In this document: positions 48,297 through 57,042 of the stretch, in pieces
Layout: each line of letters starts with the position of its first letter
How positions within the stretch are numbered: the stretch's first letter is position 1
Assembly (NCBI GenBank): GCA_040752415.1
Contig: JBFMGU010000021.1
Location: 1-64,000, forward strand
DNA length: 64,000 bases
Source: Myxococcota bacterium
GTDB taxonomy: Bacteria > Myxococcota > JACRCW01
Reading direction: 5' to 3'
Position numbers and translations under genes: made by a program
Notes under the pieces: generated by a model
Database searches by the model: none
The model's input: the letters and a program-made list of their open reading frames with translations, nothing else
What the model was told of the DNA's origin: nothing

Positions 48297-49118
48297 TCAG
48301 ATGAATGACGCCGCCACCGTTGCCACGGCCACCAGCGCGGCCAATGGGACCACCACCGCGAACAACCCGGCCACTCCCAGCCCCGCCACGAAGGCGCCCT
48401 GCAGCGCGGGCTCGAGGAGGTCCGCGCCGGGCATGAACCGCGCCGTCCCCACCGCGCCGCCCGACGTGGCCAACCCGCCCAACACCAGCAGCCCCGCCGC
48501 CACGCCCACCACCGCGGACACCGCCGAGACGCCGCGCAGCACCACGGGAAGCACCGACGGGCTCTCCGCCTTGAAGCTCACGCTGGCCTCCGTCGACGAC
48601 GGAGGAGCGGGCGGCGTGGCCGCCACGTCGGGCGGAGGACCCTTGAGGAGCCCGGCTTCCTGGAGCACCTCGTCCACCACGCCGTCGGCCTCCTTCACCA
48701 GCACCGACTGACCACCCGTCAGCGTCTTGCTGAGCGCACCCCGTGCGGAGCCGCTCCTGGTGTGGATGATGCGCGCGTTGAAGACCCACACGTCCTCCAC
48801 CTGCCCCGCGCTGCTGACAAACAGGTAGTCCACGCCCAGCGCCCCGGCGATCTCCGCCATGCACGAGGAGCTGTTGCAGTCCAGCAGTTGACGTTGCGCC
48901 TCGAAACCCAGCGCCGCCTCCACGTCGGTGGAGCTGACCACGCGCGAGAACGCTCCCCGGGAACGCAGACGCGTGGCGAGCTTCTCCGTCAGCAGCACCG
49001 CCAGGTCCCTGGACACGCCCTGCCGCCCGTCCATGCCCAGCACCGCAATGGCGGGTTCCGTCGACGGAGCGTCGACCTGGGCCACCAGGGTCAGGGCGAG
49101 GAGGAGGGATGCATGCAT
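48297..49118 (-). CDS. Secreted alpha/beta-domain protein (TolB-N/CsgG-like) with Pro linker and C-terminal TM helices; lipoprotein partner 2
   Basis: IAVLGM..GV; FEAQRQLLDCNSSSCMAEIAGALGVD; paralog of 27804-28652; ends 13 bp upstream of the lipoprotein start. Confidence 0.75.
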   Translation of the reverse strand: MHASLLLALTLVAQVDAPSTEPAIAVLGMDGRQGVSRDLAVLLTEKLATRLRSRGAFSRVVSSTDVEAALGFEAQRQLLDCNSSSCMAEIAGALGVDYLFVSSAGQVEDVWVFNARIIHTRSGSARGALSKTLTGGQSVLVKEADGVVDEVLQEAGLLKGPPPDVAATPPAPPSSTEASVSFKAESPSVLPVVLRGVSAVSAVVGVAAGLLVLGGLATSGGAVGTARFMPGADLLEPALQGAFVAGLGVAGLFAVVVPLAALVAVATVAASFI

Positions 49119-49282
49119 GGCCACGATTGCTGTTCCGGACAGGTGCGGTTGGTGGGCTTTGTGCCATCCGCCCGAACTCCGATGCAACTGGCGCACGGCT
49201 TGTTTCCCGTGCCTGGCGCCGGGGAGGAGGGCGTGTCACGTCGGGGAGGTGGGTCAAGGCGCAATCCGCTGGGGAACTGTTT

Positions 49283-49664
49283 GGGGCTGCGTCCAAACAA
49301 AATGGCACTTCCGTCGTGGCCGGCGAACACCGAAGGGGCTGCGTCTGAACAAGATGCCCAGTGGGGTTGCCGGCGTCGTGAGCGGACCACGACCTGGAGT
49401 GCGGCGGGCACTCGCCGCCCTGGCCGGCGCCGAGCGCGTTCACAACGGGCCGAACAGCCCTGGGGCTCAATGACGTCGGGCGAGCTTCTGCCGCGTGGCG
49501 CTTGGACCCTTGACGGTTGTCCAAACCGCTCGACGCTGACCAGGGCGGCGAGGGCCCGCCGCACTCCAGGTCGTGGTCCGCTGGAGACGGTCACGACCAG
49601 ATGGGCAATTTGTCTTGACGCAGCCCCTTCGGTGTTCGCCGGGCCACGACGGAAGGGCAATTTG
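49283..49664. mobile_element. Long imperfect palindrome (REPIN/MITE-like non-autonomous element)
   Basis: ~150-bp arms 49298-49446 and 49516-49664 are reverse complements; each arm contains a GGAGTGCGGC..GCCGCCCTGG REP-like unit; no convincing ORF. Confidence 0.65.
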
Positions 49665-49779
49665 CTTAGCAGTGGATGCTGCCCGCGCGCACATCCGCCA
49701 CGCGTGTCACGGAGCGCCCACCGGCCTGGATGTGACGACGTGGGAACCGCGGAAGCGGCGCGCCCGTCGTCGCGGAGGC

Positions 49780-50175
49780 TCAGGCGCGGACCCCCACGCG
49801 TGCCAACACCGCCCAGAGGTCCGCCTCGCTGAACGGCTTGACCAGGACGGCGTCCGCATCCACCTCCCGGAGCACATGGTGCGCCCCGGTGACGACGATG
49901 GTGGGCACCTTCCGCAGGTGGATGTGCGCGCGTTGTCGCTCCCGGAATGAGGCTCCATCCAGGCGGGGCATGAACCAGTCCAGGAGGATGGCGCGCGGTG
50001 GCAACGACGCCAGCAGGTAGGCCCAGGCCTCGTCGCCGTCGCGGGCCATCTCCACGCGGAGACCACCCAGCTCCAGCAGATCGTGGAGGATCTCGCGCAG
50101 GTCGGTGTCGTCCTCGACGATCAGCGCGTCCACGGTCGTGCCATCCGCAGCTCGAGTGGTGTCGTCACAAACCAT
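49780..50175 (-). CDS. Single-domain response regulator (receiver)
   Basis: LIVEDD, ILLDWFMPRLDG, VVTG, VKPF; start uncertain. Confidence 0.88.
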   Translation of the reverse strand: MVCDDTTRAADGTTVDALIVEDDTDLREILHDLLELGGLRVEMARDGDEAWAYLLASLPPRAILLDWFMPRLDGASFRERQRAHIHLRKVPTIVVTGAHHVLREVDADAVLVKPFSEADLWAVLARVGVRA

Positions 50176-50359
50176 GGTGGCCCTCGCCCCGGAGCCCTGT
50201 GCAGCCGATGTGCCGAGGGACCTCCCGAGGGAAGCCACGCGTCGCGCGGAGGGCGCACCCGGGGAGTCCTGCCCCACGATTCCCCAGACGGCCAGGATGG
50301 GCGCGAGTTCCGCTGCAGGTGCCGCCTTTCTCCGCAGTGGCGGGGTGCAACGTCGGTGG

Positions 50360-51013
50360 TCACCGCTGGGGGAGCAGGCTGAAAACCACCGTTTCCCGCA
50401 CCGCGGCGCCCTCCAGCTCCGGGTGGGTGGGCACCTGCAGGCGCGCCACCTCCACCAGCCCCTCGGTGCGCAGGAAACCGCGCGCCGGGTCGCTGAGCAG
50501 CACCTGCGTCCCCTCCTGGGCGCGGGCTTGCAGCCAGTGACGGAGCCGCGCGGCGTCGTCGCGGTCGTAGCAGACGTCCGCGGCCAGGATGACCTCCCAC
50601 GCGCCGCTCGCCCGGTGCAGCACGTCTTCCAGCAACAGCGCCACGGACACGCCCTGCAGCTCCGCGTTCAGCTCCACGGCGGCGAGCGCGCACGGGTCAA
50701 TCTCGGAGGCCGTCACGGTGCGCGCCCCCACGCGTGCCGCGGCCAGGGCCACCACGCCGCACCCCGCGCCCAGGTCCAGCACGCTGCGGCCCGCCACGAC
50801 GTGCGGATGGTCCAACACGTACCGCGCCAGCGCCTGGCCGCCCGGCCAGCAGAAGGCCCAGAAGGGGAGCCCCACCCCCAGCGCATCCACCTCGGCTTGC
50901 GGCGCGCGCCACAGGCGGGTCTCCGGCGTCACCAGGTGCAGCCGCAGCTCCGGGCACAGTGGCGGCGTGGTCACCCGCGTCTCGCGCTGCACCAGGTCGC
51001 GTGCCATCCGCAT
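50360..51013 (-). CDS. SAM-dependent methyltransferase (protein lysine MTase / PrmA-like family)
   Basis: PFWAFCWPGGQALARY, VLDLGAGCG, ILAADVCY, SDPAR. Confidence 0.9.
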   Translation of the reverse strand: MRMARDLVQRETRVTTPPLCPELRLHLVTPETRLWRAPQAEVDALGVGLPFWAFCWPGGQALARYVLDHPHVVAGRSVLDLGAGCGVVALAAARVGARTVTASEIDPCALAAVELNAELQGVSVALLLEDVLHRASGAWEVILAADVCYDRDDAARLRHWLQARAQEGTQVLLSDPARGFLRTEGLVEVARLQVPTHPELEGAAVRETVVFSLLPQR

Positions 51014-51208
51014 GCCAGCTCCTCGTCGGCACGCTGCCACACACGCGCATGCCCCGGGAAGAAACCGTCTGCCACGGCGACACCAGCGTCACCGTGGAGG
51101 TGCGGCGCGAACCGCTGGCGTTGTCCGCGGCCACGACGTGGCTACCCGCGGCCCCCGTGCGTCGCTACCTCCACCACGGAGCGTGTGCTCCCGGTGAAGG
51201 AGGCTGTC

Positions 51209-51484
51209 ATGGATCTCGTCATCTCGTTGCTTGTGGGCGCACTGATTGGCTGGTTGGCCTCACTGATCATGAAGACCGACGCGCAGCAGGGCGCGATTGC
51301 CAACGTCGTCGTCGGTATCCTGGGCGCGGCGCTGGGCCGGTTCGTTTTCGCGGACCTGCTGCGGCTGGGTGGTGCGGAGGCAGGGGAGTTCAGCGTGGGC
51401 GGCATCCTCTGGGGCGTGCTGGGCGCATGCTTGCTGATTGCGTTGTGGCAGGGCGTGCGTCGGATGGGCCTGCGCGCGCGCTGA
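51209..51484 (+). CDS. GlsB/YeaQ/YmgE (transglycosylase-associated) membrane protein
   Basis: VGALIGWLASLIMK...NVVVGILGAALG...VLGACLLI; AAGGAGG RBS. Confidence 0.92.
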   Translation: MDLVISLLVGALIGWLASLIMKTDAQQGAIANVVVGILGAALGRFVFADLLRLGGAEAGEFSVGGILWGVLGACLLIALWQGVRRMGLRAR

Positions 51485-51500
51485 GCGCGTCGACGGAGCG

Positions 51501-53606
51501 TCACACGCGGAAGCGCTGCACCACCGCCTGCATCTCGGACGCCTGCGCCTGCAGGGAGCGGATGACGTCCTCCAGGTGTCGCGCGCTCTGCGTCTGCTGG
51601 GTGCACAACTCACGCATGGTGTCGACGGCGCGCAGCACCTGGGTGGCGGACGCGGACTGGTCGGACTGTGCCTCATGCACCATGCCCACCAACGAGGTGA
51701 TGCGCTCCATGGCGCCAATGACCTCCTTGGAGCCCGCGGCCTGGTGCTGACTGCTGCGCCGCACCTCCAACGTCAGCGAGGTGAGGGAACGGTTGCTGTT
51801 GCGGACGCGCTCACTGTCGCGGGCCTGTTCCCGCGCCGCGGCGCTGACGTGCTGCAGGCTGGTGCCAATGCGGGAGAACGCGGCGCTGACCTGCTTGGTC
51901 TGGGTGGCCTCCTCCACGGTGGCCGCGGCAATGGCCTGCACCATCTGGCTGCTCTGGTGGGCGCTGTCCAGGATCTTGCGCAGCGCGCCGCCGGCGTCCT
52001 GGCCCACGCGCTCACCCTCCTCCACGCTCTGCAGGCCCTCGCGCATGGCGGCCACCGCGGTGTGCGCCTCCTGCTGCACCCGGGCAATCACCTCGCTGAT
52101 CTCCTGGGTGGACACGCGGGTGCGGTCGGCCAGGGTCTTGATCTCCTGCGCCACCACGTTGAACGCCGTGCCGCTCTCGCCGGCGTTGGAGGCAATGATG
52201 GCGGCGTTGAGGGCCAGCAGGTTGGTCTTGTGCGCAAAGTCATTGATGACGCCCAGGATGGCGTGGATCTCGCCCACGCTGCGGCCCAGGCGCTCAATGA
52301 CGCTGCCGGCGGTGCGCGCGTTCTCCCGGATGCGCTCGATGCTGCGGATGGTGTCCTCCAGCGCGTGGTGACCGGCCTGCGCGTCGTCGGCGGCGCGGCG
52401 GGACAGCTGCGCGGTGGCGTGCGCATTGCCCTCCACCGCGGAGATGGTGCGCTGGATGCGGTCCATGGCCTGCGTGGTTTGGCCCACGGTGGTGTCCAGC
52501 TCCTGCATGCTGCTGGCAATGCGCTGCACCGAGGAGACGAGCTGGTCGGTGGCGGAGGAGGAGGACTCCACGCTCTCCGCCATGTCCTTCACGTGCTGGG
52601 CCACGGACTCGTTGCGGCGCGCCATGTCGACGATGGCCACCGATCCGCGCCGGGTGGACTCCTGGAGGTCCTGGACATTGGAGGCCACGCCGTCCAGGGA
52701 GCCGAGCATGTGGCTCACCGACTGCGCGGTCTCGTTCACGCGGGACTGCATGGTGGAGGCGCTCTCCGCCACGGAGGTGCCCGCGCGGGAGGTGAGCTGG
52801 ATGACGCCGGTGAAACCCTCCACCGCGGCCTTCAGCGCGTTGAGGAGCGCGCGCTGCCCGTGGACCATGCTGCGGAAGCTCTCGGCCAGCGCGCCCACCT
52901 CGTCGCCGGAGTGGATGTCGATCTCCTCGCGCAGGTCATGGTGCTGGGCAATGCGACGGGTCACCCGCGTCAGCGCGCGCACCGGTGCCACCAGCAGCGT
53001 TCCGATGCCAAAGCCCAGCAGCGACCCCAGCAGGATGATGACCAACGCGGCCAGCGTGGCCAGCATGAGGTTGCGCTGCTGCTCCCGCGTCAGCTCGACG
53101 AGGGAGAAGTCCGCACGGATGACGCCGGTGGCGGGTTGGTCGGCGGGGCCCACGGTGACGGGCGCCAGCACGGTCAGCAGCTGCCCTTCCACGTGCACCA
53201 GGTGCGAGGCGCCGGGCTTCAGTGCGACGGGAACGGTGTTGCCGGCGGGCAGCTCCACGGTGGGCGCGTCATCCTCGGCGGGCGGGCTGAGGACGGGACG
53301 CCAGGTGGTGAGCACGGTGCCGTCGGGCCGACGCAGCTCCGCGTAGACCAGGTCCGGGCCCGACGAGAGGTCGAAGAGGCGGCGTGCGTCGGCGGCGTCG
53401 TCGAAGTCCAGCGCGGGGCGCATGGCGTTGGAGAGCACCAGCGCAATGCCCACCGCACGACGCTCCGCCCACGTCTCCGCGCTCTGCGACATCCAGCGCT
53501 GCACCAGCGCCAGGAACGCCACCGCCATGAGCGCCACCAACGCCGCCACGGCCACGGTCAGCTTCATGCGCAGGGAGAGCTCCGTTCGCATCACGCGCCC
53601 CGTCAC
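51501..53606 (-). CDS. Methyl-accepting chemotaxis protein (2 TM, periplasmic sensor, HAMP, long signalling domain)
   Basis: DEVGALAESF HAMP; KTNLLALNAAIIASNAGESGTAFNVVAQEIKTLADR hairpin tip; start either 53606 (GTG) or 53591 (ATG). Confidence 0.95.
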   Translation of the reverse strand: MTGRVMRTELSLRMKLTVAVAALVALMAVAFLALVQRWMSQSAETWAERRAVGIALVLSNAMRPALDFDDAADARRLFDLSSGPDLVYAELRRPDGTVLTTWRPVLSPPAEDDAPTVELPAGNTVPVALKPGASHLVHVEGQLLTVLAPVTVGPADQPATGVIRADFSLVELTREQQRNLMLATLAALVIILLGSLLGFGIGTLLVAPVRALTRVTRRIAQHHDLREEIDIHSGDEVGALAESFRSMVHGQRALLNALKAAVEGFTGVIQLTSRAGTSVAESASTMQSRVNETAQSVSHMLGSLDGVASNVQDLQESTRRGSVAIVDMARRNESVAQHVKDMAESVESSSSATDQLVSSVQRIASSMQELDTTVGQTTQAMDRIQRTISAVEGNAHATAQLSRRAADDAQAGHHALEDTIRSIERIRENARTAGSVIERLGRSVGEIHAILGVINDFAHKTNLLALNAAIIASNAGESGTAFNVVAQEIKTLADRTRVSTQEISEVIARVQQEAHTAVAAMREGLQSVEEGERVGQDAGGALRKILDSAHQSSQMVQAIAAATVEEATQTKQVSAAFSRIGTSLQHVSAAAREQARDSERVRNSNRSLTSLTLEVRRSSQHQAAGSKEVIGAMERITSLVGMVHEAQSDQSASATQVLRAVDTMRELCTQQTQSARHLEDVIRSLQAQASEMQAVVQRFRV

Positions 53607-54124
53607 CGGATGACCCGCGCCAGCCGCAGCACGCTGGCGGGCAGCTCATGTCCTTCCGCGCGCATCCGACCCAGGTGGACCACGATCTCCTGCCTGCCAT
53701 CCGCGGCCGCACCCAGGCCCACCGCGACCTGGCCACTGCCCACGAAGCGGTCTCCGTCGGAGAGCGTCAGGACCTTGTTCTGCGCGCACAGGTCCAGCAC
53801 CTGCGGCGTCACGGCGTCGGAAACCAGGTAGGCGGCGGAGGCGCGGACAATGAGCTGGGGCAGCTGCGCCACCGGCGCGCTGATGGCGGCCACGCCCACC
53901 TTGCGGAACTCGGCAATGATGTCCTGCGCGACCTGGACGTTGGCGGTGTGCACCACCAGCACCACGTACGCGCCCTTCCGACTCTGCAGGGAGCGGTCGT
54001 AATCCAGGAGCTTCTTGAAGACGGGGGCCTGCTGACTGGGATGCGCTGCGCGCGCCACCGCGGAGTGCAGCAGCACCAGCCCGAGCACCAACGCCACCAC
54101 CCGCCGACCCACCGAGCCTCCCAC
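53603..54124 (-). CDS. YfiR/DUF4154-like periplasmic protein
   Basis: Signal peptide; VLTLSDGDRFV..G.VAVGL, EIVVHLGRMRAEGHELPASVLRLARVI resembles the YfiR C-terminus. Confidence 0.8.
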   Translation of the reverse strand: MGGSVGRRVVALVLGLVLLHSAVARAAHPSQQAPVFKKLLDYDRSLQSRKGAYVVLVVHTANVQVAQDIIAEFRKVGVAAISAPVAQLPQLIVRASAAYLVSDAVTPQVLDLCAQNKVLTLSDGDRFVGSGQVAVGLGAAADGRQEIVVHLGRMRAEGHELPASVLRLARVIR

Positions 54125-54232
54125 ATCGCCACGAAAGCTAAACGGGGAGGATTGACCCTCAGCCCGGTGCCCGCGTCAACGCCCGACCCATCGGCCGTCT
54201 CGACGAGTGTGAGCCCGCTCACGTCGGGCCAC

Positions 54233-55276
54233 TCAGGCACCCAGCCGAACCATTTCCACGCGTTCGCTATTCCGGCCGCGCTCAACAAACCCGAAGCGGG
54301 CATAGAGCGCCATCGCGTCGCGGGTCTGCAAGCGAACCTCACGCGCGTGGCGGACGGCGGGGTGGTCCAACAGCAGAGCCAGCAGCGCGCTGCCCACGCC
54401 CTTCCCGCGCCACGCCGGCGCCACCATGACGTCGTGGATCCAGGCGGAGCGGGCCCCGTCGGAGATGGCCCGGGCGGTGGCCACCAGCTGTCCCTTCCCG
54501 TCGCGCGCGCCCACCCACGCGGCGGCGCCACGGTGACTCCGCGCCAGCGCGTCGCCGGGGATGCCCACGGTCCAATACACGTCGTGGAGGAGCGCCACCA
54601 CCTGCGCCACGTCGTCATCACGCAGGGCCACATGCAGGCTCACTCCGTCGGGACCGCGGAGGAATTCGGGCGGGGGACACTCCGGGTTGGCGGCGCGCAC
54701 CAGCTCCATGGCGGTGAGGTCGGCGGACGCGCCGCGACGCCACAGGCCCAGCATCACCTTGTGCAGCTCCTCCGGCCGGCGGTTCTGGCCCAGCTTGGCC
54801 TTCCCATCCACGTCGTCCAGGCGAACCTTGAGCACCATGATCCCCGCCACCGCTTTGCGATAGAGCGGGTGCGCCGCGTCGATGGGGACGTGACCGCCCT
54901 CCGGCTGGAAGCGCTGCATCAGGGCGCTCAGCACCTCGGCCTTCTCGTTGGCGTCGTCGACGCGCTCCAGCACCCCGTGCACCTGCGCGCTGCGGTAGTA
55001 GGTGGTGGCGGGACAGGCGCGCTCCGGGTCCAGGAAGTAGCTGGGGATCTGCGCCACGTGCTCTTCGGCGCTGATCACGGCCCGTCGCCCCACCGCCTCC
55101 ATCTTCTCGCCCGCGGGCGCTCCGTGGAACGCCACCGCGTTGCCCACCACCACGCCGTGCACGGTGCGGAGGATGGGCTCCCCCTCCGTCGTCACGCTGG
55201 CCAGGTGCACCACCGGCGCGCGCCGCAGCAGCGCCACCGCCTCTTCACGATCCATCCGATAGATTTCCTTGCGCAT
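54233..55276 (-). CDS. Pyridoxamine-5'-phosphate-oxidase-like (NimA/PaiB) flavin-binding domain fused to GNAT acetyltransferase
   Basis: N-terminal FHGAPAGEK, YRSAQVHG, GKAKLGQN; C-terminal ATARAISDG..WIHDVMVAPAWRGKGVGS..LYARFGF. Confidence 0.85.
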   Translation of the reverse strand: MRKEIYRMDREEAVALLRRAPVVHLASVTTEGEPILRTVHGVVVGNAVAFHGAPAGEKMEAVGRRAVISAEEHVAQIPSYFLDPERACPATTYYRSAQVHGVLERVDDANEKAEVLSALMQRFQPEGGHVPIDAAHPLYRKAVAGIMVLKVRLDDVDGKAKLGQNRRPEELHKVMLGLWRRGASADLTAMELVRAANPECPPPEFLRGPDGVSLHVALRDDDVAQVVALLHDVYWTVGIPGDALARSHRGAAAWVGARDGKGQLVATARAISDGARSAWIHDVMVAPAWRGKGVGSALLALLLDHPAVRHAREVRLQTRDAMALYARFGFVERGRNSERVEMVRLGA

Positions 55277-55294
55277 GCCGCGGAGGGTGCCCTG

Positions 55295-55352
55295 ACCCTG
55301 GTACCTCCGGAAGGACCAGTTCCCGGAATTCTGCTGGACCAGTTTCCTGCGC
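55295..55352. promoter_or_regulatory. Putative MocR operator/promoter, copy A
   Basis: 46/58 identical (hand count) to 63232-63289; contains TGGTAC and two GGACCAGTT direct repeats; ~19 bp upstream of the flavin/GNAT gene start. Confidence 0.65.
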
Positions 55353-55389
55353 CGCAGCTCCTCACGCGGAAGAAAGGCGAGCTGCGTGG

Positions 55390-57042
55390 TCACGCCGCGG
55401 GGGGCGGGGACGGCCGCTCCATGCCTGGGGCGCCGCGCTCGCTTTTCAGCGGCTGAGCGGGCAGCTCAACAATGAACGCGGAGCCCTCCCCCGGCGTGCT
55501 CTCCACCCGGATGGTTCCCCCGTGGGCAGCGACGATGCGGTACGCGATGAACAGCCCCAGACCAAGCCCGCCGTAGTGGCGTCCGGATACCGCCCGCTCG
55601 AAGCGTTCGAAGATCCGCGCCTGGTCCTCCAGGGCGATGCCGATCCCGTGGTCGCGCACGATGAGCCGCGCCAGCGGTCCCACCTGCTCCACCGTCACCT
55701 CCACGGGCTTGCCCAGGCCGTACTTGAGCGCATTGGAGACGAGGTTGGTGATGACCTGGAGAAGCCGTGGGCCATCCCACGCACCCAGGATTGGCCCGTC
55801 GACCCGTAGCGTGAGCTCACTCCCCGCGCGCGTGAACTCGTCGCCAAAGTGCTCGGCCACCTCACGCACCAGGGAGGCGAGGTCCACCTCGGTGCGCGTG
55901 AGCTGCATCCACCCGCCGGAGATGCGTCCCACGTCCATCAGCTCGTCGATCAGGTCCTTGAGCTTCATCAGGCTTCGCGTGGAGCGTTTGAACCGCGCGT
56001 CGATCTCCTCCTCGGTCAGTCCGCCTTCGTCCTTGCCCCTGGAGAGGAGCCGACGCTGCAGCACGTGGAGTTGCATGGTCAGGGCGGTCAAGGGGGTCTT
56101 CAGCTCATGGGAGGCCGCGGCAAGGAACTCGTCCCTGATGTTCAGCGCCGCCTTCGCCTCGGCGTAGAGGCGGGCCAGCTCCTCCTGCGTGCGTTTGCGC
56201 TCGGTGATGTCGTGCGCCACCGCCACGAAGCGTCCCACGTCCGCAATGTGCTGCAGCAGGAGCTCCGCGGGCACGCGGGTGTTGTCGGCCCTGACCACTT
56301 CCGTCTCGAACCGGGTTGCCTTCGGGCCATCACGAAGGGAGTCTATGCGCTCGCGAAGTGCCGCTCCCGCGGGGCCGCGCAGCACCTCGGTCACCGGCTG
56401 GTTCAGCAGCTGCGCCCGGTCCACCCCCAGCAGCGCGGAGACGCCTTCGTTCGCATAGAGGACGTTCAGGTCCCCCGCGTCGAAGATGCACACCGCGTCC
56501 AGCACCGCGTCCAGGGTGCTGCGGAATTCCATCAACGCGGCCTGCAGCTTCCGCTCCCCCGCGACGCGCTCCTGCTCCAGGAGCAGCGCCTGCTCCCGGC
56601 GCTCCACGGCGCGAAGCCGTTCTCCTTGCACCCGTATCTCCTCGCGCTGGCGGAACAGCCGGGCGAACGTGGCCACCTTGGTGCGGACCACCTCCGGGCG
56701 CAGCGGCTTGACCAGGTAGTCCACCGCGCCGGTGGTGTAACCGCGGAACATGTCCTCTTCGTCGGCGGCCTCCGCGGTCAGGAAGATGATGGGCAGGTTG
56801 CGCGTCCGCTCCAGCCGCCCGAGCAGCCCGGCGACTTCGAAGCCATCCATCTCCGGCATCCTCACATCCAGCAGGACCAGCGCGAAGTCCTCCCGAAGCA
56901 CCGCCTTGAGCGCTTCACTCCCCGAGGCCGCTTCCACCAGGCGATACGACGGGTCGTCGAGGATGGCGGCCAGGGCGCGCCGGTTCTCGGCCCGATCATC
57001 CACCATCAGGATGCTGACCACCTGGCTCCCGGCCGCGCTCAT
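55390..57042 (-). CDS. Hybrid sensor kinase REC-PAS-HisKA-HATPase
   Basis: ILMVDD, LLDVRMPEMDG; PAS ending HDITERK; ASHELKTPL, NLVSNALKY, DHGIGI, GLGLGL; ATGA overlap with the upstream kinase. Confidence 0.95.
   Translation of the reverse strand: MSAAGSQVVSILMVDDRAENRRALAAILDDPSYRLVEAASGSEALKAVLREDFALVLLDVRMPEMDGFEVAGLLGRLERTRNLPIIFLTAEAADEEDMFRGYTTGAVDYLVKPLRPEVVRTKVATFARLFRQREEIRVQGERLRAVERREQALLLEQERVAGERKLQAALMEFRSTLDAVLDAVCIFDAGDLNVLYANEGVSALLGVDRAQLLNQPVTEVLRGPAGAALRERIDSLRDGPKATRFETEVVRADNTRVPAELLLQHIADVGRFVAVAHDITERKRTQEELARLYAEAKAALNIRDEFLAAASHELKTPLTALTMQLHVLQRRLLSRGKDEGGLTEEEIDARFKRSTRSLMKLKDLIDELMDVGRISGGWMQLTRTEVDLASLVREVAEHFGDEFTRAGSELTLRVDGPILGAWDGPRLLQVITNLVSNALKYGLGKPVEVTVEQVGPLARLIVRDHGIGIALEDQARIFERFERAVSGRHYGGLGLGLFIAYRIVAAHGGTIRVESTPGEGSAFIVELPAQPLKSERGAPGMERPSPPPAA

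Noticed and set aside
49598..49630. GGGCAA..GACGCA resembling a c-di-GMP-I riboswitch
   Set aside because: Lacks the GAAA tetraloop and second stem; better explained as part of the long palindrome arm.
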